A DNA stretch of 24,000 nucleotides from the NCBI RefSeq assembly GCF_014201905.1, contig NZ_JACHFM010000001.1:610994-634993 (forward strand), in the 5' to 3' direction. The translations under genes and the position numbers were made by a program. Source of the stretch: Amaricoccus macauensis. Its GTDB lineage: Bacteria > Pseudomonadota > Alphaproteobacteria > Rhodobacterales > Rhodobacteraceae. Positions 22,597 through 24,000 of this stretch are shown here, piece by piece; the stretch's first letter is position 1; every line of letters begins with the position of its first letter. The notes under the pieces were generated by a model. That model saw nothing but the letters and a program-made list of their open reading frames with translations, ran no database searches and had not been told where the DNA came from.

Positions 22597-23589
22597 TTAT
22601 TCCGCGGCGATCGGCGCCCGGCGGGCGGCAGCCTTCTCGGCGTGGGCGACGAGCCCCTCACGGAACCACGCGCCATCGTCCCAGGCCTTCACGCGGGCAC
22701 CGAGCCGGTCCTTGTTGCAGGGACCGTTGCCGGCGATGACGTCGAAGAACTCGGACCAGTCCGGTTCGGAGAAGTCGTAGCCGCCCTTCTCCTCGTTCCA
22801 CTTCAGTTCCGGGTCGGGAACCGTCAGGCCGAGGTAGCGCGCCTGCGGCACCGTCTGGTCGACGAACTTCTGGCGAAGCTCGTCGTTGGTGTTCATCTTG
22901 ATCTTCCACGCCATGGACTGGGCAGAGTGCACCGAGTCCTTGTCGGACGGTCCGAACATCATCAGCGAGGGATACCAGAGGCGGTTCAGCGCATCCTGCG
23001 CCATCGCCTTCTGCGCCGGGGTGCCGGCCGCCATCTTCATCATCACGGCGTAGCCCTGCCGCTGATGGAAGCTCTCTTCCTTGCAGATGCGGATCATCGC
23101 GCGGGAGTACGGGCCGAACGAGGTCCGCTGCAGCGGCACCTGGTTCATGATCGCCGCACCGTCGACGAGCCAGCCGACCGCGCCCATGTCGGCCCAGGTC
23201 AGCGTCGGATAGTTGAAGATCGAGGAGTACTTCATCTTCCCCGAGTGCAGCCGCTCCATCAGCTCGTCGCGCGACACGCCGAGCGTCTCGGCGGCGCAGT
23301 AGAGGTAGAGGCCGTGGCCCGCCTCGTCCTGCACCTTGGCGAGCAGGATCGCCTTGCGCTCCAGCGTCGGCGCGCGGGTGATCCAGTTGCCTTCCGGCAG
23401 CTGGCCGACGATCTCGGAGTGGGCGTGCTGGCCGATCTGGCGGATCAGCGTCTTGCGATACCCCTCGGGCATCCACTCCTTGGGCTCGATCTTCTCGCCC
23501 CGGTCGATGCGCTCCTGAAAGGCGCGCTCCTCGGGCGTCATATCCTCGGGCTTCTTCATACCCTCGGTCGAGACGAGCTGTGCATACAT
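22597..23589 (-). CDS. paaA: PaaA, catalytic di-iron subunit of 1,2-phenylacetyl-CoA epoxidase, 330 aa
   Basis: The di-iron ligand motifs AHSEIVG, VQDEAGH and CKEESFH are present. The sequence is PaaA-like overall. SD GAGGAGGGAAAGCC precedes the ATG, 12 nt after the thiolase stop. Confidence 0.95.
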   Translation of the reverse strand: MYAQLVSTEGMKKPEDMTPEERAFQERIDRGEKIEPKEWMPEGYRKTLIRQIGQHAHSEIVGQLPEGNWITRAPTLERKAILLAKVQDEAGHGLYLYCAAETLGVSRDELMERLHSGKMKYSSIFNYPTLTWADMGAVGWLVDGAAIMNQVPLQRTSFGPYSRAMIRICKEESFHQRQGYAVMMKMAAGTPAQKAMAQDALNRLWYPSLMMFGPSDKDSVHSAQSMAWKIKMNTNDELRQKFVDQTVPQARYLGLTVPDPELKWNEEKGGYDFSEPDWSEFFDVIAGNGPCNKDRLGARVKAWDDGAWFREGLVAHAEKAAARRAPIAAE

Positions 23590-23601
23590 GGCTTTCCCTC
23601 C

Positions 23602-24000
<399 letters not shown>

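Overview
This GC-rich window looks like an alphaproteobacterial chromosome (the taxon is an inference). Almost all of it is one large phenylacetate (paa) catabolic supercluster in three transcription blocks.

(1) Minus strand, 8989 to 843: paaN (stand-alone ring-cleavage aldehyde dehydrogenase), a periplasmic HAAT/Liv-type binding protein, livH/M/G/F-type ABC components, and a fused enoyl-CoA hydratase/3-hydroxyacyl-CoA dehydrogenase. Gaps or overlaps are 81 nt or less.

(2) Plus strand, 9108 to 13076: paaG, paaI, paaK, a hairpin, a TetR-type regulator (paaR-like), and an unknown membrane-anchored protein with a Gly-rich tail.

(3) Minus strand, from beyond 24000 to 13093: paaJ (partial), paaA, paaB, paaC, paaD, paaE, an extra PaaA/PaaC-like ferritin-fold ORF, paaZ, a hairpin, a penicillin-G-acylase homologue, a roughly 266-nt gap, a hotdog acyl-CoA thioesterase, and paaY.

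The left edge carries the 5' part of a MarR-GNAT fusion regulator that the ORF track missed.

I saw no tRNA, rRNA, CRISPR array, transposase, integrase or recognisable defence gene. I do not think the window holds a wholly new system. The points worth follow-up are:
- an extra half-degenerate epoxidase-like subunit;
- both PaaN-type and PaaZ-type ring-cleavage enzymes in one locus;
- a true penicillin acylase embedded in the cluster;
- an uncharacterised TM/poly-Gly protein coupled to the regulator;
- candidate operators in the promoter regions.

Many long ORFs in the track are antisense or frame-shadow artefacts of high GC content and were rejected.
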